This document shows, in pieces, positions 46,356 to 62,080 of a stretch of 64,000 nt of DNA. A model generated the notes under the pieces. It was given only the letters and a program-made list of their open reading frames with translations, did not search any database and was not told the origin of the DNA. The position numbers were made by a program, and so were the translations under genes. Each line of letters begins with the position of its first letter. Position 1 is the stretch's first letter. Source of the stretch: Bugula neritina (lineage: Eukaryota > Animalia > Bryozoa); the NCBI GenBank assembly GCA_964035545.1, contig OZ037768.1:8960741-9024740 (forward strand), written 5' to 3'.

Positions 46356-49088
46356 ATGGAGGATAATACTAATACACATAGTGACCAGGAGGAATGCAGA
46401 GACTATAAAAGAAATGTCTGTACAAAGGGAAGTGCTTGTAAATATTACCACCCACCAAAAGATGTGTCAGCAATCTTTGAGCGAAATTCTGTGTGTCATG
46501 ATTACCAGAACCAAAAGGTCAGTTCTACTTTGCATTTTAGATATCATATTTACGATGAAAAATAGCCTACTTTAAATTTCTTGCAATAAGGCTTTGTATT
46601 TTTGCACGTTTTATTTTGTTAGATAAAATTCTCTTTTGATTAAATTATGATGTTACATGTCAAATTTGTATCAATCGGTATTGATAGCACATTATTTCGA
46701 TGCTATCTTTTTAATATCTCCATAAAATGCTATATGTGTAAATTGTAAAGTGTTATAATGACAAAATAGTATAAAAATTTCATATATGAACTAGGAACAC
46801 ATATATAAAAACTAAAGATGCATTTTTTTAAAGATGACATTACCAAATAGTAGGATATAAAGGATTAAAGCAAAAAATATGTAGACTATTTTGCCCTGCC
46901 CAGTTGTTATCCATGTTTGTCTATGAGTCACCAGCTACTACAACTGTTTATCAATACTTGTTAGGGTTGTCATCGAGACTCGTGTAAATTTCTGCATTTG
47001 ACGCGAGAAGAAGAAGCTTTTATAAAAGCCAATGGCTCGTGTCCACCATCATTATCACAAGAAGAAATGGATAAAATCATTGGATTAGTAAGTGTTTGCC
47101 TCCCTATCTAATAACATACCTGTAGATAGTTTCTAGTGGTACAATATTCATATGTGCATGCTGGGTATCTTTTCTTGGTCTAATTCAATGGTACATTCAA
47201 CAGTCATGGAGTGAATTGAAGCAACTTCATATGATTTGTAATGGCAGTGTCACCATATCTTCCTTTGTCCTGGTGACCACAACACCAGTCTATCTACAGC
47301 ATAAATAAGAAATGTGAATATTTTGTTAAGTTGGGTCAAAGTTAGGCAGTAGCGCTGAAAATCAAAGCGATTGATAGGAGTAGCATATCTGGTTTAACTT
47401 TAGTAAACTGGCAAATGAAGTATTAGAGAATAATCATAGTAGCTAGTTTATCTCCTGCTAAAGACTTGTCAAGTAACACCTTGTACTATAAGGGTTGACC
47501 ATCCTTGTGAATATTGTAACAATTTCCTTATGATGCAGAATTATTGAGGAAGCAATTAATTCTAGCCCCACTTGCATATTATTGTGACATGTATCAAAAT
47601 TTGACCTTGTTTACAGCCACCTTTATGTAATGACTATCTGCGTGGTACGTGTACTCGTGGTAAGAAGTGCAAATTCAGGCACGTTGGTGAACCTGGTGTT
47701 GAGAGTCAAGGAGGTAGAGCTCCTTTTAGAGGGGTTAATCACGGTACGGACAGGTTTGTGCCATATGGGAGGCCCGCAGAAGAAGACCCATACGACAGGT
47801 AGTTGTGTAGTCTGCTTGCTACTATGAAAAACTTGATATAATGAATAAAATTTAGACTATTAACTAGAATAAAAATTAAAAATAATTATGTGATACTTTT
47901 TTAGCACTCTTTTAGTTGGACATATCATATGTTCATATTATTTTGGTATTAAAGTGGAATGTAGAGTCAGGATAACACTCACCCTAAAGAGAACATACAA
48001 CTCTTACAACTTGACCACATGTTGTAAGACTAGCATAACTTTTATCACGTCAAGAGGCCTGATAATTTCACCTTTTTTGAATGGAATTTGTTGCCACCAC
48101 ATTGTACAACCAAAATCAAAATGGTTTTTAGCAAGTTTTAATGTAAAGTTAAAAACAAGAAGTATTTTAAACATAGCTTATGGGTTGTTGAAACTGCAGT
48201 CTCATAGAGGACCTATGATATTTTTTCTTTGTGGGCTCGGCTATAGAATTATATGTTGTGTAGTATCCTTTATTAGTGGACCATAACATCAGAGCAATTT
48301 ACATCCTGCATTGTCTTCTCAGGAGTATAAGGTTATTAGTTTTGGTTTAGGATGGAGAGAAGAAGGCGATACAGAGAAGATATGATGGAAGATGAAATCA
48401 TGTATCTCAGAGCTCAGGTTTGTCGATCATTAGTTTCTTTCTCATGAGATTTGATCCGATTGCTATGCATTAGTAGAATATACAGGCCTGCACTAGATTT
48501 TTAAAACATTGCTAATTATTTGCTGAATTTGTATATAATATGATGTTTAAAGCCTGCATAACTTTGAAACAGCAGTTTTGAGGGAAAAAAGGTTATTCAC
48601 TTTATTTTGTCATAAGCTCTATGTGACTTTCCAGAGATTAGCCACAGTTTATGTGATGAGTTTATGCTGGGTTACTTTAGGTTATCTGATAAAGAAGATG
48701 CAAGGATAGCATCTTGAAGTTGTTGTTTTGTTTTTTTTTCTGTTCAAAAATTTAAGCATTATTATACTGGTAATAGAGTGCATGCAGGTTCTCTGCTCTC
48801 AATGCCCTGTTATGTGATTAGGTTGGCCGACTCAAACGACAAGTTGCTGATCTTGCCGCCACAAATGAATCATTAATGACTGAAAATGCACGACTAAGAG
48901 TGGATCGAAACAGGGCAGCTGGGGGTATTAATCCTCTACCTGCTATCACAGGCAGAACAAGTGAATTCAGCATTACACCGTCCCGATCAGCCTACCCTTA
49001 CACTTCAGGTCTTAAACTTGAGCCATCAACTACTCCACTACCCACAGCTTCTACTCTGGCTTATAGCAGCTCTGAACTTCTATTCTAG
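46356..49088 (+). CDS. ZC3H10: Zinc finger CCCH domain-containing protein 10-like, ~266 aa
   Basis: Exons 46356-46517, 46965-47087, 47617-47798, 48351-48417, 48822-49088 (801 nt). Three CCCH fingers (CRDYKRNVCTKGSACKYYH; CHDYQNQKGCHRDSCKFLH; CNDYLRGTCTRGKKCKFRH) and the coiled coil VADLAATNESLMTENARLR typical of ZC3H10. Confidence 0.9.
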
Positions 49089-52000
49089 TCTCTGTAGGTG
49101 GCTTATATTTTAGATTATAAAGCTATTAGATATCCTATTTGATTAAATTGTGCAGTGTCAAGAAAAGATAACTTCTGCAGCATAGAATAATTATGTTGAT
49201 ATATGGATAATTCAATTTAATTGAATATGGTGATTCTTGTTGGATGTTTCCTTTATTTGGTCCAGCTTCCTCTCAGTGAAGCTATGCTATGACTAGTTGT
49301 AACTTGGCCCCTATTTGTATATTTTTGGTTTTTAGGTTAACATGTCGCAAGTCGTTTACGATGGCAAGCAGCATACAGCGCAATGAAGATCGCTGGATTC
49401 AAGCTCTGCGCATTATTATATATAAACAGTTGCAACTGCAGTAATTGTGAATTCATACATGCCTTGCCTGCCTTTAGCTAGCTGAAGTTTGCTCTCCCAA
49501 CTTGACATTAAACGCTGGTTTCTGAATTTTAACATGATTTTAATTGAACCAGAAGTTCATCTCTTTTTCGGTGTTTCATTAGTGCTGTATATTATGTAAA
49601 GTCGTGATGCAAAAGTTGCTAAGTTTTTATTCTGTTCAAGCTAATGAATAGCTGAAAATAAAAATTGTAATATGTACACAGTGCATTAAATAACAACAAA
49701 AATGTTCATTTGCAAAGCAAAAATTTTGGAATATTACAAGGTGAGTTTGAAATTGTCTGCTCTTTTAAATAGATTTCGTGCCACACTTGCCTTTAGCTCA
49801 AAATCATAGTTACATCAATAGTGTAAAGGTGCAACTAAACTGAATGGATGTCGCTCAGCGTTTTGTTTTCAAAACAGAAGCTATGAATGTGCTTGGGATG
49901 TATTCCTATTGGGCAAGAAACAGCGGTTGATTTTGTTTGAGGGCTTACATCAAAACCTCTTGCATTCTTTGAATATGGTTTACCATCAGCTTACAAAATC
50001 TTCTACTGATCAAGCCAACAAACTCTACCAACTGAAGTAAAACATAGTTTAATGCAAGTGCAGGAGTGACTTTTAATAATAATTCAACTATAACTTTTAT
50101 TAAGTTCATTCCCAATTGTAGAGCTTTCAAGTAACATAAAATATTGACTGTTGTATTTTAATCAACATTTTATTAACACTCAAACACATATTATGCATGC
50201 TATTTTATGTGTAACAGGTGTATGCATTAAGCTAAAGTTTGAGGAAAAGGTGGTCAACTACCAACCAATATGATATGAAACAGGAAGCATGAGGAAGAGA
50301 AGGAAATACAGATAGAGGTGAGCAATCCTCGTTCTCTGTTGAGTAATTTTGATGCTGTTGTGAGTCCTCTAACAATTTAACAGAGGAAGTTGCAAAGTTT
50401 ATATATTACTTTTAGATGCATGGAACATGATAGCAGCTTCACTTCCTTGACCACTGAAGTTGTTTGGTCTATTCTCTGGTGAAATGATGGAGTACTGCAA
50501 TGCTTCCTTATTGCAATGCAAGTTTTTGATGATTACAGCATCATCTAGTACCAGGCCTATTGACTAGGTTACTTCTACTAACAGGCAAATGACAGTTTCA
50601 CACCTGGCAATGTTGTAGTATTTCACTCTAATCAATAGAAAAAAAATTTATTCACACTCACTTGAAATATTACAATTGTACTAAATGAAATATAAATATT
50701 TGTTGTGCACTGCATCATTCATCAGAAATAAAAATTGTTTTTCTATATCACAACATTTTCATTCATCATAACATCTGCCACTATTATTTAAAACTACTCA
50801 GGGTTAACCCATCAATCATTATGATACTTCACATTTCCAGAAATAGTACCTCCTGGTTACAAAGGAACAGATTAGTAGTTGTTGATAATTATAATAATAT
50901 ATACAAAATAATATAATACATGAATTTTCAGTTGGCACAACTTCTTTGCACTGGCATTAATGTCTAGTAATAAATTCAGAATACACAGAACCCATGTGTC
51001 AACTTTTATTAAAACAATTTCTGTTATAATTACAGTAAAATTTAGCTTGAAAACTACACAAATAAATAGAAACATGTATTTTTGTTGTATTTTACCAACT
51101 TGTGAAAAGCAACGTATGTGTGTGCAATGCAAATATTAAATCATTTGCTAACGGCTTACACAGTAAAAGCTCTACTACTTTATTAGAACATGCCACCTCA
51201 TCACTCCTTTATGCTGCTATGCTTTCTATAAGCATTGTGAGCAAAAGGTAAAGGATAGCATCAGCATTGCATTTGTATTAAATAACCTTACAAATGATTC
51301 GAAAATATTGAATGGAGAAGCTGGTTCCAAAACCATACAAGCAGCTAGTGCGGAGTTTGTTGCGTTGTACGTACATGTAGATAAAGCAGACGTAACTGTT
51401 TCTGACACAGCAGCGTCCACTGTCATTTCAAGCAGTGAATTCTACAGTGCCAATTACAGGGTGTCCTAGCTGCATGCTTTTTAAGTTACAGCCAAATATA
51501 AACTACAGTTGAAATAAAAATATCCATTAGAATATGAATTATGAACCCCTCAAAACCATACTTACCTATACAAAGAGTTGAAGCAGATTGAAACTCATTC
51601 AGCATTTCCATTTTAAGCAGTTTAATAGGTTTAACCTTTGGATACGACAATTTTATAAGATATTTTAATTAAATGTCACAACTGGTCAGAAAATAATCAG
51701 TTGAATTGGCATAATTAATTTGCCAACAAATGATGCTTTTATATATTTATAGAGCGATACTTACTAGCAGACCTATCACATAACTTATGCCTCAAGGTAA
51801 ATATACAAAGCAAGGTATACCAGAGAAGATCAGCTCTCATATGACAAATTTAATTACAGCCCAGGCTTTATTACAGCAGCTAAAGCACTAATGAGTGAGG
51901 AAACTGTAGTCACTCATCACTAAGCAGCAGTATTAGTCAAGCAGCAATGTTAGAATCAGTTGCCATAGCTATACATAGTTCACACGCACAATCCAAGCTA

Positions 52001-54381
52001 ATCAATGCAGAAGCAACTCATAGCAGGAAAGTATGACTGGCATAAGCAGACAGAGTTTAGCTCTCAATGCTTGGCACTGGAAAGACTCATTACAATAAGC
52101 AATACATATTGAATTTTACCAGTGCCATGCATTGCGAACTAGCAGAAGCTGTGCTAGCTGAGTGAAGGTCAGCATTACCCATTACCCCTTGGTCTTTGCA
52201 TATACAATAGGCACCAAGTCATGTGCTCAAAGAAGCTAGCAAAAATAAAGCAATTAAACAAAATTACTGGACAAAACTATACAAATAACTTTAGAAGGAT
52301 ACACTGTTTTACGTAGACACACTACAATAAGTTTCATAATCACGACACTTACCCATTAAAAATTATGTTTTACTTTGCTTCACGCAGTTTTAATAACATT
52401 GACTGACTGCACACCCAGTCACATTTTATCAAGTAGAGCTCTTTAAGCTCTCTAATACTGAATTCATCGTATGTACCAGCATAGCCACTGACACATGTGC
52501 AAATGACGCTTTGTAAAGAAATGATTAGAGTAATAAATCAGGGTTTTGGTCTAATCAAGCGCATCGGCAATTTTAAGCATGCATGGCATTATGCAACCCC
52601 TCAATTGTCAAATATGAATACTATTAAATGTTACCATTTGATGTCAGTAGATGTTTAAGTACCAATTAAGTCCTGATGTGTGCGATTTGTGCTAACAATG
52701 AATATCATATTAACAAGAGTGTAGCAGCCCCAGTGAATTATCACATGAGACGTCAACTCCAGGTGTTACACCCTGAAATATTGCCAACACTCCTATGCCA
52801 TTAATTAATTGTGTGCAACATTCTCAGTTGTAGTACGCTTGTGTGAACAAAATTGACTCAGCTGATATATCTGATACGCAATACACCCTTTATTACAGCT
52901 AGTCAAGCGCTTCTTTGGTTGCATATATATATAAACTAAATGGGGAGTGCTAGCCACGCATGAAGGTACCGCTGCACACCATACGATAATAAATAATCAC
53001 ATTTCATGAATACAACATGGACAATGCTAGCCGTGATTATTAGCTTTGAAATACTGCTTGCTCTAATAGTACCATACCAACATTCATCTTAGTAGAGCAA
53101 AACTCCTTTAACCTTACTTAATACAACGTAGTAATGCTGAACCTGCATATATCTGGTAATCCACCATATCTAAGCCATTGTGGATGGATTACATATAGTG
53201 GGTATCTCATTGCAACCACTCTTTGGTAACACTTATACGAGTAAAATGTCATTTAAATTATAGTTATTGGTGGAATGTAGTCCTTCATAATAAGCCACAA
53301 TCTAAACCTAATCCATTGATTTCCAGATTAGGCTAAGCCAATGCAGCCAAAGTATTTTGATGAATGGCTTAGGTTGGGTTCTCAACACACAACTGTCTCG
53401 GGTTTAGACTTCAAATATAATTTACCACCATTTTTACACTTTATCCAGCTAGATGGGAACTGTTGGCTGGATGTCTTGCGTATAAAGACTTCAGACTATT
53501 AAATAACTACCTACCACTATGTTTCCATGGTTTGCATTGGGAACGGTTCAAAGGAAACTACAACAGTACAAGGATGGTAGAATTTAAGGATTGATTAATT
53601 TGGAGTTGTCTATTTTGGAAGGAGCAAACTTCTTACAAATGGACCCTAAGAAAGTTCGGCTTTACATTTGGTGTGACCCAAACAAGAACCATTCAAGCCA
53701 TAAAACTTTGTGATGGACATTGTCTAGTCAGAGTAAATTCAAAGTAACTAGATAAGGGCACCCAAACTTGATCAGCTTGCTACACACAATAATTTATAGC
53801 TATGGCAAACTTCATTAGCTTACAGTTCCAAGGAGGGAAGAAGCCTTTCTATATTTCAGCGAAGTTGAATCATTTAAAAGTTTAAAGTTTAATTTATTTA
53901 TGTTATTATTTAATAATAATATGAACTCCATCTCGGATATTTAAAACACAGTTGAAAAATTGGACACCACCTGCAGGTAAAAAAATGTTTTCGTGGGTTT
54001 TAGAAAACTAGCAGCATTCATTAAATAATATCACCTTATTTAGTCCCTGATGCCCTTCCATGGCCGACGTCAATGCTCTAGATTCTAGAATCTAGTCCAA
54101 CACTATATCCTAGGACCTAGAACAAAGAAAGTATTCATTACCATCATAGAAATTTATAGAGTAAAACACACTTAGTAGAGCAAAATATAGTTAATTAGGA
54201 GTTTGATTGACTGCATTCCATCACCTGCTTGAAGCAGTAACTTAGACAGTTGCATACACTTTAGTACTTAATTGAGCATTATGATGATAAATCATTCAAA
54301 TGAGAATAATGGATTACCATGGTGGTAGTCTTTGGATCTTTAAGAATTTAATATTTAGCCAGACCAGTTAATAAAACTTTG

Positions 54382-54438
54382 CTGTTGTAGCACAGGTAGT
54401 CTGTTGTAGCACAGGTAGTCTGTTGTAGCACAGGTAGT
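54382..54438. repeat. 19-bp tandem repeat, 3 copies (ctgttgtagcacaggtagt)
   Basis: Directly visible. Confidence 0.85.
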
Positions 54439-57400
54439 TCTTCAGCTTCAATGAATTTGCCAGCACAAGCTGCACACCTATTCAGTCACCAATAATATAA
54501 TTAGGCATCTACTTCACGACTTCGGCCTACGTACTATACATACTATACAATACTGTTTACAAGTTAGAAGTGGCAATAGAGTGTGAAAAGCAGCTGCAAC
54601 TTCAGAACATTTAAAGAAGAGCAGCAACAAATTTCATACTGATGAGCATATTTACAGAACTATATGTAGGCCAATTTAAACATTTACTAAATTATCAAAT
54701 CTTTACAATTTATATCAAAAATATGATGAATTATATGCAGCTAAAACATTTTAATTGCTGGTTAGAAGTTAGAAAAACACGATTCATTCACATCATGTAC
54801 ATTAAATTCATATTTAGGTGTTGCAGCACTGTTTGGTAGCATTAAATAATTCTTATTTAGCATGTTTATAGCTTAATAATCTAAAACTCTAGCTTTTGGT
54901 TCAACTTATTTTGCCCTTCCCGGAAATCTAGAAGCATCTGCTTTTACTACAAGTTGCATTAATATTGAGTGGGCAGGAAATAGCTTTCAGGTAAAACACT
55001 TAGGAAAGTTCAAAAAAAATTATTATTTTAAGTTAATTTTTAAATAAAATCTGCCTGTTTGCATTCTCAAGGCCAATAAGCGCATTCTCACCACAAGTAG
55101 AAAAAGTCGTCCACTAAACGTTTGCCCAATTATTGCATGAGACTAACACAAGTACCTCACCCCCCCCCCCCCCCCAACACATGAACTCCCGACTAGTAAA
55201 GAAGCCAACTTATAAATAATAATAGCTGATGCATGAGAAGAGGAAACTATTCATACCTAAATGGGTCATCCTCTGATTATTACTCACGAATACTATAGAG
55301 ATATGTATTATTATGTCACTATTATCATACTTTAGTCTTAATCACATTCATTAAGTAGTCCACAAGTCTACCAAGGCTCAAATTTGTATAAAGCTTGGGA
55401 GGTTAGTAAACTGAATACAGCCATACAAACCATGCAATTATATACGCAGCATCTAGATAAAGTGTATCACTACTTAGCCAGGAGAGTGAATAAAATTCAT
55501 AAAAATAGATATATTGTGGGCAAAAGATATTTTGTAAAAAAAACAAAAAGCTGGTACACCTAAAATCTTTAAGTATTGGCAGACACATTTGTTTATAAAT
55601 AATAAAAATATTATTTTAATTTTGCTCCATAATTGTTTTTACAAAGCGAGCAGGTTTTAAAAAATTAATAGCTATAATTTTTTTAATTTTTAAACTTTTT
55701 GTAAAACAAGATCATAAAGAAAAACTATACCATTAATGATGTAATAAGCAGCTACTAAATGCTGTGAAATACGCAGTGAAATTCTTATGTTACATATAAA
55801 CTTATAGTGGCTATGTGTTTTTGTAAATAATATACATAGTCATGACTACTGTGTACAGCCATCTAGTTCTACAGCATTTTGAAATGCCCAAGAGAAGATA
55901 AATCCATTACAGAGCATATTTTGTTGTCAACAATTTGAATATATCATAATACAAATAACAGAGAGAAGACAAGAAACAAAGTTAGCAAGGAATAGGTTTA
56001 TAAATTTACGCTAAACTACTGAATATTACCAAGCAGAAACATTTTTATCAATATATGCTTATCAAAGTAACAACTTTGAGATAATAACTTTTTTCTGTTG
56101 TTCACACAAGAACACAGCACAAACATTGCTTAGTATTTACATTACATAATTAAAGTATAAAACATATATTAAATTTAGACTAAAGCTATAAACATTAGTA
56201 GGTGTATAAGCTATAAGAATTTTGTATTTCAAAACATTGCTGCATGTAATTTAAATGCAGTAGTAGTTTATGAATAAGTGAAAGAGCACTGCTTTGAGCC
56301 CATATATATTTTTAAAGGTTTGAATGGCACAAATTATGTAGAAGCATTGCAAGCTTACACACCTAAACTTTTCTTCAAAAATGACTATAAGTTATATCTG
56401 TTTAATCAATACAATAATTATTTAGAATTAGTAGTTGATAAAATTCAAAGCTATTTTAAAAAAAATATTGGGTTTATTTTTTATAAAAACATTGTTTGTA
56501 TCATAATATTGTGATTATCAATTTGCAAATAACATACATACTATATTAATAGAAGATGCAGTAAAATCAAAAGAGTATTGACTTGCATGAAAACCTGAAT
56601 ATAATGCAACAGACCCCTGAGTACCAACACTTCCTAACAAGGAATAAAAGGTACAGGGGAAGTAGCAGGATAAATTGTTACACAGATACTAAATTATTGA
56701 GAGTCATCGTAGTGCTAGTTGTCGGAAGAGTTAAACACAAGGAAAGAGATAAACTGAGGGATGCCAGAAATGCGCCCAACCACTAAGAATAGATATCAGT
56801 ACATGTAGTACCCACTGTAAGAGGAGTGCATAGGGCAGTAGCTAAAGTTAAAGCATATATGAAGAAATAGATAGAGTAAAATATGCTGCATGTCTAGTTT
56901 TAGGTTCAGCACACAAATAATTCAATCATATATATATATATATTAAATTGCATAGCCCCTTACCCATGATTAGTAATTACAAAATTAAACTTCATTGCAT
57001 AAAGTTGAACAATATTTATTATCTATCCATTGTTTATCATTGTATACTACAAATTATCATAATTACTCTAAATTTAGATAATGATACTTATACTATAACT
57101 ATTAGTATTACATTAAAACTTAGAGTTAGCATAGTTCCAAAAGTCAGAGTGTCATGACAATGATGGTGGTCATATCCATAGTGATAGTCATAGTGACAGC
57201 TATGACTTATGAGTTAAAAATAAAGTTCAAGTTGATGATTAATAAAAATTAACATATACTTGCAGCTGGCTGTAGTTTTACTACCAATATGAATATTATA
57301 ATTTTATTAGTAAATAGTATTAGTATACTCATACTGTAAGTGTAAGTATAAAAGTATAACTACTACTAGTTATAGTATTAGCCCTAGCCACTAGGCCTAT

Positions 57401-60400
57401 GCAGTAGCACTAGCTGTAAGTTTTTAATAAATATAATTAGGCTAGATTATGATTAATATTATATTTAGGCTTAGATTTAGATTAACCTTTTCTTAGTTTT
57501 AAGGCCAAGAGTAACAGCAGTAGCATCTTCATGATTATTATCATATACTTTTTCACTGTTCCATTTATGATTTTTCCTTGACAGTCAAACTGAAACTCAA
57601 ACTCAAAATGAAAATGATCTTGAAAATGGAATTGGAAGTAAACATCAAAATCAAAATGACACACATCCTAGTCCTACTCCTAGCACTAGTAGAGTACCTA
57701 CTAATCCTACTACTTGACTACAAAAAATATATAATAAAATACTTGCCTTGTACCGTTCTACCAAATTAAACATGATTATAGAGAGCTTTGGCTTGAATTT
57801 TTAGTGCTTGAACTGATGTGACAATAACATTCATTCAAAATTTCCCTGGTTTACGGTTTATTAATAATATTGTTAGGATTTGCATCTTTCGCTAGCGCAC
57901 TTTTACATAAGCAGGTAAAAATACCTCACTAGTAAACTCTGAGACATTTTAAACCTGCAAGACCAACATTTGAGTAATTATGAACAGACAATTCTTGTTC
58001 TACTATGATAATTTTGTTATAATATTTTCCAATGAAGAAAAATTGCACCTTCACTATTAACTTTTTGCTATCTTTCTGAAAATATATATATCTTTAGGAC
58101 TTATGGGAATGCATCGATTATAACATAAACATTAATTATATATATTCAGCAAGTGTTCTCCTATAATTATTTTTTAGAATATGTTATATATTGTATTGAG
58201 GAAAGTAAAAGTTAAAAGTAGAACATTTCAACCTACAAACCACAAAGTTTATTATGCATGCAGCATGCAATGACCATTAAAGTTCTCAAGTATAAATATA
58301 TATATAGGCATTATTACTAATCTACTATGAAAACCTAGAATAATTATTTTATTGAGGTATGGAAGAACAATCTTGCAAATATGCTGTTATACTTATTTGT
58401 GTAGGGCCTAGGCTGTGTAAAGTGAGGCCCTAAATCTTCCAACTGCGGCTTTTCCAACAATATATTGTGTGCATCAAAGAGTTAGTTATACAGCATACAT
58501 AGAAAACTAGTTAGCAGTATAAAGCTAATGGTACAAGTAAGGTTGGTCATTAGGACCATGTTATGTATTTTAATGGTAACATGTATTTTCTGGTACTGAA
58601 TGTATTCAAGCTACGATCATAAACTTATTAGTAATTAAACTACCTCTTATGCTGGTATAAATAATAAAATGTATATTTGCATGTTTAATTTTCTGTCCAA
58701 ACTATGATTGAATAATTCATCAGTGGTGTTTCAAAGTATAGTAATTTAGAATGATTTGCCTAAAGTATAAAACATTGTGTTATTATGCTCATTAAAACAT
58801 AGTCACTTCAACTAATGGAATTTCAAATAGCAGCTAAATCACTTAATGTTTATACTTCTTTTCCATTTGAGGGGTTATAACAATTACTTTTTGAATCTTT
58901 CAAGTTGCACAGATTCTGTCAGCTACATATACAAGTTTATATGGCGGAGGTTCATGTCATCTGACCCCTCAAAGAATAGTTATGCTCCCACATAAAGAGT
59001 AGCCTTTTTCTGTAAACGCTAAAATTATGCACCATTTTATAACTTATAGAGCATGTGCCTAAATTTTAATACAACTATTTTGCAATTTAATTTTTCATGT
59101 ATGCACACTTTCACTAACAACTAAAAAAGATGAAATTGTAATACATGTATTGATTATCAATAGCTAGTATTAAAACACTACAACAGAAGGTAGTTTACAA
59201 TAATAACTATTTTATTATGAAGCTGTTTTAAATTTTTTATAATGATTTTTGGCATCAACCGGTATGTAAAATGACGCATTTATATATAAAATTTAATGAT
59301 TAATATGAAGCAAAAGCAAAAACTCCATGCATAGATTTGAATTAAAAGTGCTCAATAATTTATGAAGTTTGAATCATTTCTTTATCATTGAAATTTTCAA
59401 GACTCGTAAAAAGACATGCAGTACCACTTCTCTCTCATGACTCAGTATAGAACTTGTCCTTCTACTATGTATTATGCATTTATAGTTGAATTATTTATAT
59501 ATAATGAATGTTTTCACTTCTTCTGTAATGCTGAAGAATCTGTTTATCTTATGTATGAATTTTGCAATCAGGTGGGAGCAGGGTACCATTACTATAGCTT
59601 CAAAACTTGTTTTAACTCAATCTTACCTAACAATTTAAATGGTATAAATTTTATTTTTTCATGAATCACACTCCAAAACAGAAGATATACTCCATTTACT
59701 TTTGATGTTATTCAGGTAAAAGCCAGGTGTTAAAATAATCATACACAGTTATCAGAAGATCAGTGCCACTGTGTAATAAGAAGTACTTTGCATATAGACT
59801 TCATTTCCAGTACAAACCAGAAGCGCACTCATAAAATCCATCTGTTCACCAGGTCACCTGTAACCAGCAAATCTTTCCAACTTCTTAAATTTTGGCACAA
59901 CTCTACTTGGGATTACAAAACATGGTATTTCATAACTTCAAACAAAGACTGTAAACCAAGTGCTAGGGTTACATGCATATATATATGGATACATAGTCAT
60001 TGGTGTTAAGCCTGAGGAAAAATACTTTTGGGGGTACAATTATTCTAACATTTAATGTGATATGGTTATAAGTTAGCTGTGCCTATGTAGATCTAAATAT
60101 ATGTTAATAAACCTCAACTCAAGTTGATAACCAACAGCCATAAACTCAAATCTGTAAGACAGAATTACAAATAACTGAAAATATATAAGGTGCATGATAG
60201 TTTTACTTTGATTACGTCTCATATAACACTTTGCATAACACCTTGCATATAACAATTTATAAGATTAATTGCCTTCACCAAACTTCATTTAAAATAAACT
60301 TTTTTATTTGAATAGTTATTTTCTTGTAAAGTGGGAATCTTCTTTCTTGCACAGAAATATCATGAAGAGTAAGCATTGGGCCACACGACGCGTTTTACAG

Positions 60401-61873
60401 CCGCGTGACGTGCGAGAAAACCCGTTTAGCCCACAAATGGGACGTCATGTGCGGGATTTTCATGCGTCTCACATGCTGAGCGGCAACCTTGTGCGTGTTT
60501 GATCTAATTGGCTTATTGTCATTTAGCGAGCACACTTTTTTATTTTAATTCACGTTTTAGCTTTTAGCGAACTGAATTAAAATAGTTTCATATAGTTTGC
60601 AATTTCGATTTTATAGTATATATAAAGTCACTTTGCAGATGACATAGTTTAAAAATGAACGTCTGTAGGCAAGCAGTAAAGTTTAACGCTAACATCATTA
60701 GCTAATAAATTTTCTTACTCGCAACACACGCATTGTGTGTGGCATGTCTACGCTACGCTAAAACAACAATTGATTAATGATATTGTTATTCGAATGAGGC
60801 ATAAAAACAGGTGAAAAGAGCCAAAAATGATATTTTAGCTTCCATATTATTTATAATTTAGTTTCAATAACAAAAATAACAATAGCAAATAAAAAAAGAG
60901 AATCTAGATATATTATTACCGTATATTGGTATTTGATTTTTATAATATTAGGCTACATAATAATGTGAATTCATATAACTGACAACAGCTTCCCATTCAA
61001 TTTCTGTTGCAAGAGTGTAATATCTGTTTGTGCAAGCTTCTTCCTGCTCATAACTAATATTTTTTACCTAATGCAGCTAATGATCTCGTTAATCTATGTT
61101 ATGTAAAAAAGATAATCTTCTTGGTGATTCATTTAGTCCTAAGGCTAATCCATCTGTCAGCTCACACTAGGTTGGTCATTGGATTCTGCTACCTCAAGTA
61201 CAAGGAAATGTCATATTGCAATACGAAGTATGCAGTGGTATTAGAACTTCAACAGCTTTAATCTGTTTTATGCTAACATTGACTAATTTATACCTTGTGT
61301 AAACTTACAATATACCACCTGTGTCAGAACCTTAATCTTCAAAATATTCATAAAAGATATTTGTTTTACAAATTAAAACACAACAAGTTGTTTTGGATTG
61401 ACTCTTGTATAAAACTGACTGAATACTGAACTTATGTATATACAAGTATGTATAATATAAATATACAGGCCTACATGTGATATGTTTTATTTTATACAGA
61501 GAAGTAAAACTACAGTGCTGGAGTGTGACATGCCAATTGTTATATTTTCTCAATTTTAACATGCATTGATAAACATAGCTGAGGGTTTAGAATTACTCCC
61601 AACCCAAGTTTGCAAGTCTTTTACTTAAAACTCAAAGTATTCTATAGGCCTATACCATATTAAAATTTTGATAATAGAAACTAACTTGAAAGCAGTCTTA
61701 TTTTCGGAAAAACACCGATTTTTATTTAATATCTTTTAAAAATTATCAATTTTCAGAACACATAATGCAGTTGTTGTATAGCATATTTGTATCTTTTATT
61801 TTTATCACAGCATATCACATGTTTAGAATTGCTAATGGATTTTTTATTCCATTGGGACTGTTTAATAAAATGA

Positions 61874-62080
61874 AGCAGCCAGTGGTTTAGTGGTTGGAAT
61901 GTGGGGTAGAAAGCGCTAGGTCATGGGTTCAAATCCTAGCAAGGCTATTTAAAATTATGTCATTAAGAGCAAATCTAGTTGTGAATGCTTTCAAGACGCA
62001 GCTGAAATCCTTAAACCTTGCTGCCAGCATGGTGAAGGGCACAGGCCATTGCTGCTTAGAAACCAGTCTGCATCCTTGAG
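61874..62080 (+). mobile_element. tRNA-derived SINE
   Basis: A-box gtggtttagtggt and B-box gggttcaaatcc; head resembles the 12897 copy. Confidence 0.55.

Noticed and set aside
60365-60800. CpG-rich segment, possibly a transposon end
   Set aside because: No partner TIR, TSD or ORF found, so it is not classifiable from this window
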